Positions 13,301 through 25,920 of a stretch of 64,000 nucleotides of DNA are shown piece after piece. Within the stretch, counting starts at the first letter, position 1. Each line of letters starts with the position of its first letter. The DNA comes from Scyliorhinus canicula (lineage: Eukaryota), in assembly GCF_902713615.1 (NCBI RefSeq), contig NC_052154.1, positions 35,082,322 to 35,146,321 on the forward strand, read 5' to 3'. Position numbers and translations under genes: made by a program. The notes beneath the pieces were generated by a model. It did not search any database. It saw only the letters and a list, made by a program, of their open reading frames with translations, and was not told where the DNA came from.

Positions 13301-14263
13301 TCCCCCTATGCTCTCACTGATCCTCAAAGTGCTTGGCCCTTCTAGCTCTCCTGCTAGGTCTGGATGTCTCTCCCAGGATGCACATCTGAGGTGGAGGTAG
13401 CCAGCTGCTTACCGTATCCTCTGGCCTTCGATGCCACTGGTGGGTGTCCTCTGGGTGCTCTGGGGCCAGAGGGCCCCGGCTCACTTGTCGGCACGCGCTC
13501 AGCCAAGTTACCTTGTCCCGTATGCTGACTTAGAGCCACGGCCTCATAAGAGAGGAACTCAAGGGAGCTGGTGGCCACCATCCTTACTCCATGGGACGGG
13601 GACAGGTTGGCACTCAGCGCCCCCTCCTGCCACTCAGTGCCTATAGGGCCCTAGGGTTCACCTTGGGATGGAAGGGCAGATGGTTTGAGCCCTGGTTGCC
13701 CCTGCATCACCTGGCTCTGCTACCTCTGCCAGTTTCACATGGTCCACACCATAGTGTCGACGCCCTCTGCGATGCTCCTCAGATGGGCTATCCCCACCTG
13801 AAAGCCAGACATGCCCCGCAGAACCGCATCAATGTCAACCTGGTACTGGGTCACATCCCCCAGTGAGGCAGACATTCTGCCGAGACCCTCAACCATGGCC
13901 GTCACAGACTGAGCGATGCCTTGGACACCTTCAATAATGGTGCCGGCGTCAGGCACCAGGCTTTCCACAGTGGTCGCCACCCTAGCATTGGCCTCCGTGC
14001 CACGCATTGCCAGCAACATCTCCTGCTCCCAAAGCCTCTGGGACTCCTCCGAGTTGCTATGGATCTGCTGGAGTGAAGCTGACATTCCCCTCTGAATGTC
14101 ACAGCTGATCCCTATCATCTCCAACAGCTCCGGGTAACTCTGTTCCACAGGCTCAGCATCAGGCTGGGACCCAGCTGGGATCCAGCCAGTGGCGGACTGG
14201 CCAGGGTGTCAGCTTGCCCGATGGCAAGTGGGCCCCTGATGAAGTGGGCCCCCTATATCAAAT

Positions 14264-14918
14264 AAAAATGCAATAAAGAAACAAACACAGACAACTGTTT
14301 TAGTAATAAAAAGGAATAAGAAAAAAAGAGAACAGGACACAAATAAGCAGTGCATGAAAAGGAACGAAGCAGGGGAGGTAGTGGAAGGATGTGGAATAGG
14401 GGGGCCCGGGTCGGGCATAATTAAGGAAATTCCATGTTTTCAGCAAGAGTGTGTGAATTTAAAGATAAAGTTACAATTCGTGATTTGAGATGGTCGGCAA
14501 CTTCAAAGGATATCAAGCAGTAGTCTTGGTTCAGCCGGTACATCGGTCCGGGGCCCGGAGAGCCAAGAAGGGGCCCGTGAATCTCTGAAGGGCCCTTAAA
14601 AATTATAATTAATTACTTAAATAAATCTCCAACTTCTTTCCTGAGATTTGCATTCTAACTTAATAAAAGATCATTGTTTTTAAAAAGAGCAATACCAAAG
14701 AAAAATGCAATAAAGAAACAAACAAATAATCACTCAGTGTATGAAGGAACGAAGCAGTGTTAAACGGATGCGAAAAGGAGTGTGGGGGGGGGGGGCTGGT
14801 TCACCCGGGTCGGACATAGTTGGAAATCCACGTTTTCAGCAAGAGTGTGTGAATTTAAAGATAAAGTTACAGTTCGTGATTTGAGATGGTCGGCAACTTG
14901 AAAGGATATCAAGCAGTA
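14264..14918. repeat. Subterminal direct repeat within the hAT 5' region (about 14264-14522 and 14701-14918)
   Basis: Shared blocks AAAAATGCAATAAAGAAACAAACA and TTTTCAGCAAGAGTGTGTGAATTTAAAGATAAAGTTACA...GATATCAAGCAGTA. Confidence 0.85.
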
Positions 14919-15367
14919 CCTAGGGTCGTGAGGTCACCGAAAAGAAGAAGCGGTACCTTTGACCGTGAATCATGAGGTCAAAGATATTGAAGTGATAAGC
15001 CATGATCGGTAAACTCAAAGGGTTGCGACTGGTATCAAACTGGACATGTTAACTTTGGTCGTGGGACCATTCTTAATGTCTTACTATAGTCGGACCAAAC
15101 TTCTAAGTTTCAACAGTTGTCTCAGTTGCTTGCTGGTGTGAACACTGGGCAGTGGATTGTCCCCTCTTCTGAAGCTGCATAGGCCACAGTAGTATTGACT
15201 AATGAACATAGCCTATTGAAGTGTAAGTAAGTTATTATATATTTTTTATCAAGTAGGGGTTTATCTGGCGTTCCTTCAAGTTATTCTTGCAATCATCAAT
15301 ATTCATTTTTCCCAATGTGGGCTATTTTTAATTAAGTTTTTATTTCAGGAATATTACCCCTACCAGC

Positions 15368-18140
15368 ATGGAAAAGAAAAAGCATAAATCTGGGTCACTA
15401 AAACGCAAAGAACAAAAAGAAGCAGAAAGGAAGGAATCAGCCAAGCGATGCAGGCCTATTACAGAGTTTATAATACCACAAGCACAATCCACATCAATAT
15501 CCAGTTCTGCAACAAATAATCAAGAAGCAAGAAACAATGCTCATGGTGATGATGCAATGACATGCGAGTTACAAAAACAGAGAAGAGCTACTTTGAATGT
15601 AGAGACAAATACAAGTGCATCCATTACTAATCAACCCAGGCCCAATATTTCTTCTGGCTTCCTTGTTCCGGTATCTGTACTGCCTGTAGTTGCAACATCT
15701 GAACACATAGCTTCAACTAGTGACAGGGAATCAGATATTCCTTCAAGCATAAATGACTTGGTTTCTGAAGCACATCCTGTAAATGAACCTACGCAAGAAA
15801 ATGAAAGATCAATTACTGGAATCTTCCAATATCCATCACGAGCAAAGCTAAAACAGTTTTTTGCTGAACATCCACTTCAGCCACTTGATGATCTGCCATT
15901 TGATGCTCGTTTGTATGAGAGGAAAATTACGAATCACTCAGTCCCAAAAAAATGGCTAACATATAACAAAGAAAATAGATGCTTATATTGTTCATACTGC
16001 TTTGCCTTTGAGTTTCCCAACACTTGTAATCCATCACCCTTTTGTACGTGGCTTTAGTGACTACAGGCGTATTAGCCAGAGCTTGACTTTACATGAATCG
16101 ACAACAACACATGTCAGAAATGCTCAGCAATATGTCAGTGTGGTTAATGAAGGCACCTTAGATAAATTTTTTGCAGCATCACTAATTAAACGGAAAGAAG
16201 AAGTATTGAAGCAGAGAAGTATTGTCATGAGGATTATAGACATCATAAAGATGTTAGGCAAGCAAGCACTTCCTTTTCGAGGTCACAGAAATGAATCGGC
16301 CTACACTCTAGATAATGAGGTTCTGAATCATGGCAATTTTTTAGCTACAGGGCAGTTGATGGCAAAATATGACCCCATTATGGCAGCTCACGTTTCTGCA
16401 GTGCAAAATAAGTCTAAACAAAGAATCAAACGATTAGAGCAACAAGGAAAGGCTCAAAGTAAAGGCCGTGGTGGACTTGTTACATACCTGAGTAAAACAA
16501 CTATAAACATGTTAATCAAAATTATGAAGAATATGATACAAGAAAGAATTAGTCATGAAGTTTCTCAAGCAAAATATTATTCTATTCAGGTTGATTCAAC
16601 ACAAGATAATTCATCCATCGATCAGTTTAGCATTATTATTCGGTATGCGCTTAAAGGCATTATTTGTGAGCGACTACTTTCAGTTGTGCCAAGTAATGAT
16701 GGTACAGGACAGGGACTTTTTGATCTATTGATTGAAACATTACAGCATCTTAAAATTGACCCCCAAAAATGTTTATCTGATAGCACAGATGGCGCTGCAA
16801 GCTACCATGGCCAGTATAATGGTTTACAAAGTAAAATTGCTGATGTGGCTGATCAACATGTTCATATATGGCGCTATGCCCATGTCTTGAATTTGGTGAT
16901 AACTGAAACAACAAAATGTTGTGTGCCTGCAGTTTCTTTTTTCAATTTGCTCCAGAATATAGCAACTTTTGTGAAAGCATCATACAAGAGAATGGCTGTA
17001 TGGATAGAAGTTGTTGGAAAACATCTAGGACAAGAAAAAAATGAAACGATTAAAGCTAATTGGTGAGACCAGATGGTCAGGAAAATCCAATGCAGCAACA
17101 ACTATATTTGGACGTTTTGATGATGCCGCTGCCAGTACTTTCGTAAATCTATTGACATGCTTATCAATGATACAAGATTCAGAAAAGTTTGATGCAAAAA
17201 CAAAACATGAAGCAAATGTTTTACTTCAAAGTCTTCTAAAGTTTGAAACCATATTGACAGCATTTACTTACTTGTATATATTTGAAACTACAACCCCGTT
17301 ATCAAGTTATCTACAGACAAGTGGTTTAGATATGTTTACTGCATGGAGTTTGGTAGATTCAGCTACAACAAAGTTGAAAGAACAGACAAGAACATTTGAT
17401 AACGTTCACAGCAAGGCTTTGGAATTTGTAAATAAATGTAATGACAGGATTTCACAGATGAATATGGATGAAAATCAAACATTGGAAATTGATGCGTTGG
17501 AAACAGCATTGCCAGTTAAGAGGCAGAGGAAGAAGAAAAGAATGGCAGATGAGCTTATTGATGATGAAAGAAATTCCTCAGATTCTCTAGCTGATTTTCG
17601 AGTAAATGTGTTTAACCTAATAATGGATCACATTGTCCAGTCACTAGAATCACGCTTTGTACAACACAAACAGTTGTATAAAGATTTGTCCTGCTTGGAC
17701 CCAGCAAAGTTTAAAACTATTGCAGAGAAGGGCCTTGAAGATGAAGCATTGGAAGGTATTATTAAGCTGTTTCCGCAAATCAGCAAAGATCAAGTAATAT
17801 TGGAATTGTTTTCTTTTGCTTCAAACTTTGATGTATTAAAGCTATTGCTTAATGAAAAATTCTGGCATCCAGCAGACTTCATGACAAGGCATATGATAAC
17901 CTTTATGAACTTTATAAAGTCATCTGCACACTATCAGTTACTCAAGTCCAATGTGAGAGGACATTTTCAAAGCTAAAGATCATAAAGACAAGGTTAAGAA
18001 ATTCACTGTCTGAGGAGAATTTGGAATCTTACATGTTGCTATCCATTGAAAAGGAATTGTTAGATGAATTGGATGCAGAAGCAATTATTGGTAGATTCGC
18101 ACTATCATCTAGCGAACACAAACGATTGCTCTTAATATAG
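15368..18140 (+). pseudogene. hAT transposase (TTF-type zinc finger, DUF4371, RNase H-like DDE, hATC dimerisation), broken by about 3 frameshifts
   Basis: ORFs 15368-16057, 16002-17066 and 17041-17976 plus a final frame from about 17856 to 18140. Motifs WLTY...LYCSYC...HE...H, LPFRGH, GNFL, QVDST, STDGA, xxAH, TRWS and CERTFSKLKIIKTRLR. Confidence 0.93.
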
Positions 18141-20419
18141 TGTACTGCATGCAATGCTCTATTGTGCTTTTGAACTATCTGTTAATGTGTAAATTGCGCA
18201 GTAAACTATTTAAAAATATCAACCAATTACTTAAAATTTAAAAAATAAATAAAAAATTCAACTATAACATTCTGTATTTACATTTGGTATCTACTGCCAG
18301 TAATATGTACAGTACATGTACACTGTAATTACTAAGAAATACACATTTTTTCCACAAACATTTTAATGGTACCCTTTTTTCCATATGTATTTTTTGAAAA
18401 TTTTATTTATTCGTTATGAAAATTAAATGATAGCATTGTAGTTGTGGGTGGGCCCCCTTTGTCTCCTGGCAACCAATATTTTTAGACCCAGTCCGCCACT
18501 GTATCCAGCAGACCTCCGACTGGTGTCTCGCCTGCGGGTTCCTGCCTCCACATGATGTACATCAGCAGCAGTGTGGTGCTCACCAGATTGTGCCCCCGAA
18601 GCCTGTCCATTAACATGACCCACTGAGGTGCGTATATCTGCGCTGGTGGAGGGTGGGGATGACAGCTGTGCTGAGACTACAATAGTGGCATCCTCCGAGG
18701 TGATCTCCTGGGAGGCAGGAGAGGGTGCCGCCCGGGATGGGACGGTGCTGTCGGCTGGTGGACTTACGGGAGAATAGACATGTGGTCAGTGGGAGGGATA
18801 GGTCAGTCAGTAAGGCAATAACAACTCACTCACGTTTGACAAGACCCCTGGGTGAAGCCCGGTGGTTCCTCACCTCAGCAGTGTCTGGTGGCCGCCCTGT
18901 CCTCAGTCAACCCAGTCATCTCCCGGGCCCATTCCTCGAAGGAGATGAGGATTCTTAAGTCAGACACCCCTCTGCCAGTCTGGGCCTTATCCCGATAATT
19001 ATGGGAGAGCTTTTCCTGAAGAGACAGAGGGTGCATTGTTAGCCACATGGGTGGTTCACAGTGGGGGGGGGGGGGATCTCCACGGTGTCATTATTGCGAG
19101 CTGGCTGTGGTTGGCTGAGCAAGTGCAGCTTAAGTGCTGCTCTGCTCAACCTTGTTAGCAGGGGGTTGGCGAGAACAGTGCCGGCGAATCAGCGAGCAAG
19201 TCTTCAATTGCGGCGAAAAGCCCGTGAGTCCTCGCTAAGCGGACCAATTAAAATTGAATTGCGTTGCCGGCCTCGTTGGGTCGAGCGCCGGGGAGCTCGC
19301 AGGAATTCCTGCTCGCTACCACACAAAGAAAGTTTTTTGGAGAATCGCGCCGTATATCTAAACCTTTTCACAGCAAACCTATTGCTTGAAATATAATCTC
19401 CAGGAAGATTTAGAACAATCATTTGCAAAACTTGCAAATTACTAAGATGAGCCAAGGCTCATGGGACAAATAGTTAAAATTGCTATACAAAAATGCTCAG
19501 ATGACACATAGTATATTAACAAATAAATTTAAGTCCAATTGGAAACTACGTCAGTAAGAGTTGTTTTTAACATGAAGATATCACAGAATACAATTAAAGG
19601 CCAATCTCCCCAATAAATATACACCGCAGTTAGCATACAAGAGTGGTTCTTTCTTTTCAGATGATGTGAACTGGCAGCACCAAGTTATATTGGCAGCTAC
19701 ACACTGCTCTCAGAAGCAGAGAATGTGCACATAAAAGCACATGCAAAACCTCCCATTGTTTGGTATCCAAATCCCAATTAAATGTTCATATTAAAGATAA
19801 TTTATAATACTACTACTTAGCCATTTAAGGAAGGCCGATTGTACAATAGTTTGAATCCTAGTTATCCAACCAGAATATACAGCTCTTGCTTCTTTGCACA
19901 TTGCTCATTTTTCAACCAATGCCTCTATTATCTGTGAACTATCCAGTCATTAAACTATCATTAGACCATCGTGGAGCTCCCTTTCAAAATAGATCAATTC
20001 ATGCATAAATGTCACATCATTCTGATTCATTCAACATAACTTGTTTTTGTAAATCAAGGAAAAAAAGGTGTATGTAGTTTATGTGAATAATAAAGATCAA
20101 GTGATTTAACCATAAGTGTAATGCTTTTACAGTTAGAACAATGTTAGATTACATGTTTAAGAACACACATGCTTCTGGAATATGTAAGGAAGAGTGATTT
20201 GATAGAAATACAGATTTACATTTTTCTTAAATGTCTAAGCTTTGGTTGTTTTGTGGGCCTAGGTCTGACCATGGAATCCTCTTTCCAATTGTGATTTGCT
20301 TGCTTCTCGTAACAGAGAACAATTACACTAAGAAACTGGAAAAGTAGAGTTTATGCACAACATTTGAAAAAGAAAACAACAACGTCAAAGATGGGGGGGG
20401 GGGGGGGGGGGAGGAAGAG

Positions 20420-20523
20420 CGGGAACAGGTTACTGAGTTGGATGATCAGCCATGATCATAATTAATGGCGGAGCAGGCAAGAAGGGCTGAATGGCCTACT
20501 TCTCCTATTTTATACATTTCCAT
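20420..20523 (+). mobile_element. CR1 LINE 3' tail fragment
   Basis: GATCAGCCATGATCATAATTAATGGCGGAGCAGGCAAGAAGGGCTGAATGGCCTACT. Confidence 0.65.
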
Positions 20524-21966
20524 GAATGAATTGTGCAAATGTGAATAGAATCCTCTCCCCTCCATTTGAAAACATTGAAATGGGAGTGCCGTGCTATGCT
20601 AACCGACTTTCAACTGTTATTTAACTCCCTAGAAAAAGATTCAAGCCAACACACTTGGCTGAATTGTACTCTGATTACTTACCAGTTTACACATTTTTAC
20701 TTGCATTTGCGTACATTTTGCTTCAACCACATATTCAAACTGCTGTATGGCTACTGCATAGCGGAATAAAATAATTGCTTTAAACTAAGTGAAATGTATT
20801 TAATTGTAAATATGTTGTGGTTTTGACAGAGAGAAGACAGCAATGGATGTGCAACTTTAAAAAAAAAAAGCGAAAAAGAGAAACATTTGCTTGGAAGATA
20901 ATCACATAATACAACTATATCAAATTCTTCTCTGATAAAAATGACTTTGTTCTAAAACAGTTTCCCTGTACAGGCCAAAAGATCAGCCTCAACTGTCCAA
21001 GATACAAGATGGTCCTGAAGGCCGCTTCAGTTCTCTCACGGTGCTGATTATACTTATCAGTCTTTTGCATATCAAAGTTCTGAAAAATATTGAACCCTCT
21101 GGCATACAAGGTTATTTTGAAGATTAAAAGGAATACTTCAATTCAGTTTGCATAACTAAGCTCATATTTTGATGGATATATACAGAGGCTGGATTATTCA
21201 CCCAGTCTCAATCAACTTTTAACTTTCCTGCTGCATTGCCTCAGGGTTTTGGTCTGATGGAGACAAACCTGCTTATGTAACTTGGCAGATGCAACAACAG
21301 TTGGAACAGATAACCAAATAGATGCCATGGCGACTAAGTTGCACATAGGCCTGAAATAAATCACTAGATCTGCCTGTGTAGGGACACAAAGACATTTCAG
21401 CACACCGATGACTGAAACAAACAGCTGCCTCGTCACGGATAGCAGTCACAATAATATTGTGAACAACGATGGGACAGACATATTTTTGCCACGGTTCAGG
21501 CCAGATGGAGTCTGCAGCAGCACCTTGTTCACTTTTATGCACTGTTCACTTCCATAGTGTTTCCAATGTAACTTAAACTGCTGTCAGTGGCCGAGCAGTC
21601 AAGGGTTGATTGCATTAGTGACTATAGAAAATGATTATTTTAAACTAAATCTCTTCTTGGAACTGTCTCTCCTCTCATCTCACATTCTTTAAAATGGAGA
21701 AAAAAGAATTAATCTTCTTTATCTTTGACGCATCTCTGCTGTTTCCTTTCTCCCAGTCTGCCTTGGCCCTACCCTTCCTGACCGAGAATGGCTGAGTTAC
21801 TTGCCTCAAGTTTAATGTTTTCATCCTGGAGTGCAAATCCCTCAATGACCATCATTTGCACTACCTCCACACATGTACCAGCCCTCTAACCACAAAATCC
21901 TCCATTCCAACTATATTTACATTCCTCCATACCCCACTCCCACCTTTATGCCACCATTGACACCGT

Positions 21967-22336
21967 GTGCAGCACGGTAGCACAAGTTGATAGCACGTGG
22001 CTTCACAGCGCCAGGGTCCCAGGTTCGATTCCCCGCTGGGTCACTGTCTGTGCGGAGTCCGCACGTTCTCCCAGTGTCTGCGTGGGTTTCCTCCGGGTGC
22101 TCCGGTTTCCTCCCACAGTCCAAAGATGTGCAGGTTAGGGGGATTGGCCATGATGAATTGCCCTCAGTGACCAAAAAGGTTATATGGGGTTATTGGGTTC
22201 CGGGGATAGGGTGGAAATGAGGGGGGGATAGGGTGGAAATGAGGGGGGAATATGGTAGAATTGAGGGCTTAAGTGTGTCGGTGCAGACTCGATGGGCCGA
22301 ATGGCCTCCTTCTGCACTGTATGTTCTATGTCTATG
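21967..22336 (+). mobile_element. HE1-type V-SINE
   Basis: GCAGCACGGTAGCAC head, GGTTCGATTCCC B-box, V-domain and TGTTCTATG tail. Contains an internal 21-bp tandem repeat (GGGATAGGGTGGAAATGAGGG). Confidence 0.92.
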
Positions 22337-22714
22337 TGCTATCTAAGCCAACTTTCGAATTTCTACCCCAACTCTGGTTTATGAACACACACTGCTCCTT
22401 AAATACAATTTATCTGACAAAGCTTTTGATTACCTCCCTTGACATCTCCTTTGGTTCAATGCTCATTGTGCTTAGAAGTTTTTTTACATTAAAAGTTCTC
22501 TATAATAGCAAGTCATCATTTTTCTCATTTTAATCTCTGTACCTGTCTGTAAGCCATTCTCACTTTTTTTCCCTTAAGTGCCGCAAGCCTTTTAGCCAGC
22601 TCCGCTCTCAAATCCTGATAGAGCCTGATGGAATGACCCTTCCATTTGTAATCTCAGTGATCCTTTCCCATATCAGGACTGCTTCCTTTTCCTGGTAGTT
22701 ATGGAACCTTACAA

Positions 22715-23392
22715 TGGCTCGCCGGAATGGGACTTCTGCCTAAGTGACCGGTGGGCTCGATCCAGCTCGGTAGGGGACGTCGATCCACCCTCTCCCACCA
22801 TCTTCCCAAACATCTCATATGTAGTCAGTCAGATTTGGGCCCTCCACTCCCTCAGACAGTCCCAGGATTCTAAAGTTGTGTCTCCTGGAGCGATTCTCCA
22901 GATCATCCAACTTGGCACACAGTGCTTTATTATCACCGGCCAGCATCGTCTCCATACCGTGCCATGTACCTTTACCGTCTCATCCATCTTTGCCAGCGCC
23001 GATTGAATGGGGGCTAGGGCCACTTCTATTGAATTGTGGAGGTCCTCAGAGACAGCCTGCCACTGTTCCTCAAATTTTGCTTGCAAGGTGTCTGCAAACA
23101 TCTCGACCGTCAGTGAAGTGACCTGAGTAGCGGCAGTGGCCTCCACCATTTTCTCAGGAAAAGAGCATCGAGAGACTTCGGAATCCGTTGACAACCCTTT
23201 ACTTGCTGGCTTCTTTGACCTGGACCTTCTGGGCATTTCTCTTGTGTGGGGACCATACCCCATCAAATTATTCTAGTTTTTACCCAAACATCCCCTAAAA
23301 ACTGGGCAAAAAGGATTAAAAATAAAGTACCCTGACAAGAACCACCTCGCGTGCGACTACTCCCTCCCTATATGCCCCCACTGGAAGTCCCC
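22715..23392 (-). mobile_element. L1-clade LINE 5' fragment (5' UTR plus degenerate ORF1)
   Basis: Starts GGGACTTCCAGTGG on the minus strand. Coiled-coil ORF 22829-23266 is followed in a shifted frame by RSRRHNFRILGLSEGVEG, the L1 ORF1 RRNNLRI.G..EG motif. Confidence 0.75.
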
Positions 23393-24069
23393 CGGTTTTC
23401 CCTGATCTTATGCACAAGTCCTTTTTAATGCCCCCTTTGCTCTTCTAATTTCTTTCTTCAGTTCTCCTTTGCATTTCCTATATTTCTTGAGGGCCGGAGT
23501 TGAATTTCTCCCTTTGTATTGCTAAAAGCCTTTCTTCTTCCTCCTTATCCAGCCCTGGATTGTCCGAGACATTCAGGGTTCCCCGAGTTTATTGCTCCTA
23601 CTTTTCCCCGTATAACCTGAAAATGATTACCAATTTAGTGCTCTCTCATTTTGTTGCAAATACCTATTTCATAATTCCCTGGTTTTAGAAAATAACTTCT
23701 AGCTTTGGAAGGATTACATTTGTAGGGGCAAGGTAATGAAAATGCTGGACTTTAGAAATTGCCAGAACACCAAAGGTAAAGACAATTAAAGGGGTTCAGT
23801 GTTGAGAGAGTGAAAACCATAGAAACCGCAGGTGGCTTTTCTTTCAGCCATGGAATTGCAGACAGCAAGCCTGAGGAGAATTGCTGTCACTTCAATAGAA
23901 ATTTAAATAATTTGTGTGGACCTCATGGTCAAAAGGTTTTGAAGATAACAAGTAATTTAAATATCTGATATCACAACTAAGCTCCCTTGCCATAGGGATG
24001 AATCCTTGAGGTGGACACTTGGTTGGAATTCTAGGAAATTGTCTGCGGACTTTTTCCAGATGTTCATTT

Positions 24070-25920
24070 TTAAAAAAATATTTTTATTGGCATTTTCCAA
24101 TTTTAAGAGTTTGACAATTTGACATATAAAGCACATATTTATAGAGTATAATGTTTCTTATGTCCTAATGACTATTGCCTTCAAACAGGTCTTGGAACAG
24201 GCTGACGAGTAGTCCCCACGCCTTGTGGAAGCCCTCGTCCGCCCCTCAGATGGTGTACTTGTGGGTAGCATTGCAGGTTCGGAAGGGCCAGGCCGCCTAT
24301 GTTTCTTCTCCTTTGCATTATAAACGTGGGGGTCCTTGAGACATGTTACACAGGCACACACCGACACACACATGATCATTTTGTCTATCCCTTGGTAAAA
24401 GGCCTTGGGGATGAAGATCGGTAAGGATTTGAACAGGAAGAGGAACCTTGGCAGCACATTCGTCTTGATCAGCTGCACCCTTTTTAATTTCCTCTGCCAG
24501 ACTGGTCAGGTTCCATTTATAGATCCGTGTCCAGTCATGGGCTATCTGGATACCCAGGTAGCGGACGTTGTTTTGGGCTAGTTTGAGTGATGGACCCCCC
24601 AGCTCTGTCCCTCCCCAATTCGGGTTCACCGGGAATGCCTCGCTCACGCCCAGGTTGGGTTTGTACCCCGAGAAGGCCCCGAACTCTTCCAGGAGATTCA
24701 TGATTACTTTCAGGCCATTATGTGAGTCCGGGATGTAGAGGATCAGGTCATCTACATAGAGTGAGACTCTGTGCTCTCTGCCTCCTTTTCGGAAGTACAG
24801 CCACAGAGATCGCCAAGGCGAACAAGAGTGGGGACATTGGGCATCCCTGCCTTGTACCTCTGTGCAGCTGGAAACATTCAGAGTTGGTGGTATTGGTCCG
24901 AAAGCTTGCCTTGGGGACGTTGTACAGGAGTTTCACCCACAAGGTGAACACCGTCCCTAGCCCAAACCACTCCAGTACCTCCATGAGGCTCCCCTTGCCT
25001 ATCGTCCTCCACAACTGGCATGTCCAGTCTATCAAGCAACCGTTTCATCCCCACGTTCCCATTGGGGGGCTCGGAGGTATACAGTCCCCGGCAGAAGGCC
25101 TCATGCTTGGCTGACCTTTTTTTGTTCGGCTACCAGTCCGCCTCTGCTATCCTTCACCACCTCCCTCGTGGCTGTCTGCTTTCTCAGCTGGTGAGCCAAA
25201 AGGTGGCTGGCCTTCTCTCCATTTTCATAGAAGGTCCCCCGTGTCTAGAGGAATTGGTACAATGCTTTCCTGCTGGATAGCAGGTTAAAGTCCATTTGTA
25301 GCTTTTTCCTGTCCGCCAGAAGCTCTACGTTCGGGGACTAGGAATAGTTTCTGTCAACCTCCAGGATGGGGTCAATCAGTTGCTGCCTAGCCGCCCTTTC
25401 TTTCCTGTCTCTACGTGCCTTGTAAACTATGATCTCTCCCCTAATCACCTCCTTCAGTACCTCCCAAAACACGAACGATGAGACTTCCCCATTCTGGTTG
25501 TTACGGCTGTATTCACTGACAGAAGATCTGGTTGGCCCAAAGATCCGTGCCCGTCTCCATGTGGGGCGCTGGGCATGGCCTGTCTCCAACATCACATCCA
25601 TGTGTGGTCGGAGATGACTATTCTGCTCTGACTATTTCTGGAAGCACCCATTTCCCCATTGCAAAGAAGTCAATCTGGATGTATATTTATGCGCCAGCAA
25701 AAAGAACAGGAATTCCTTCTCACCGGGGTGTAGGAACCACCATGGGTCCACTGCCTCCATCTGGTCCATGAAAGTTCCCAGTTCCCTAGGCAGGACTGTC
25801 TTTTTCCCTCATTTTGGTGTTTGACCCATCCGTCAGTGGGTCCTGTTTCCAGTTGAAGTCAGTCGATGAGTGTCAATGTCGGGGATTTCCGCCATGGTCC
25901 ACGCAGAGGTAGCGGTGAGG
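24070..25920 (-). mobile_element. L1-clade LINE ORF2 fragments with internal deletions
   Basis: FWEVLKEVIRGEII, GTRQGCPMSPLLFALAI, VSLYVDDL, FGAFSGYKPN and IKTNVLPRFLFLF motifs; AATAAA and an A-rich end near 24070. Confidence 0.85.

Larger units (their letters stand above)
14187..18501 (+). mobile_element. Full-length hAT DNA transposon (Tip100/ZMYM1-like group)
   Basis: Perfect 14-bp TIRs CAGTGGCGGACTGG (14187-14200) / CCAGTCCGCCACTG (18488-18501); 8-bp TSD GATCCAGC/TATCCAGC (7/8 match); internal transposase. Confidence 0.95.
12275..19352 (-). mobile_element. Internally deleted PIF/Harbinger element carrying a degenerate multi-exon Myb/SANT-like accessory gene (interrupted by the hAT)
   Basis: Right end AGAATCGCGCCG and left end TAA|GGGAGGTATTCT are imperfect TIRs. 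Minus-strand coiled-coil ORF 13735-14148 plus S/T/E-rich ORF pieces at 18510-18760 and 18830-19010 with GT/AG-like boundaries. Sequence continues across the hAT TSD. Confidence 0.6.

Noticed and set aside
12892-13400. Pro-rich and Gly-rich ORFs of 100-148 aa
   Set aside because: Translations of the C-rich minisatellite.
15368-18140. Host ZMYM1-like zinc-finger gene
   Set aside because: Bounded by TIRs and a TSD and frameshifted, so it is a transposon rather than a domesticated gene.
21967-22040. tRNA genes
   Set aside because: The A/B-box sequences are SINE heads continuing into V-domains; no complete cloverleaf.
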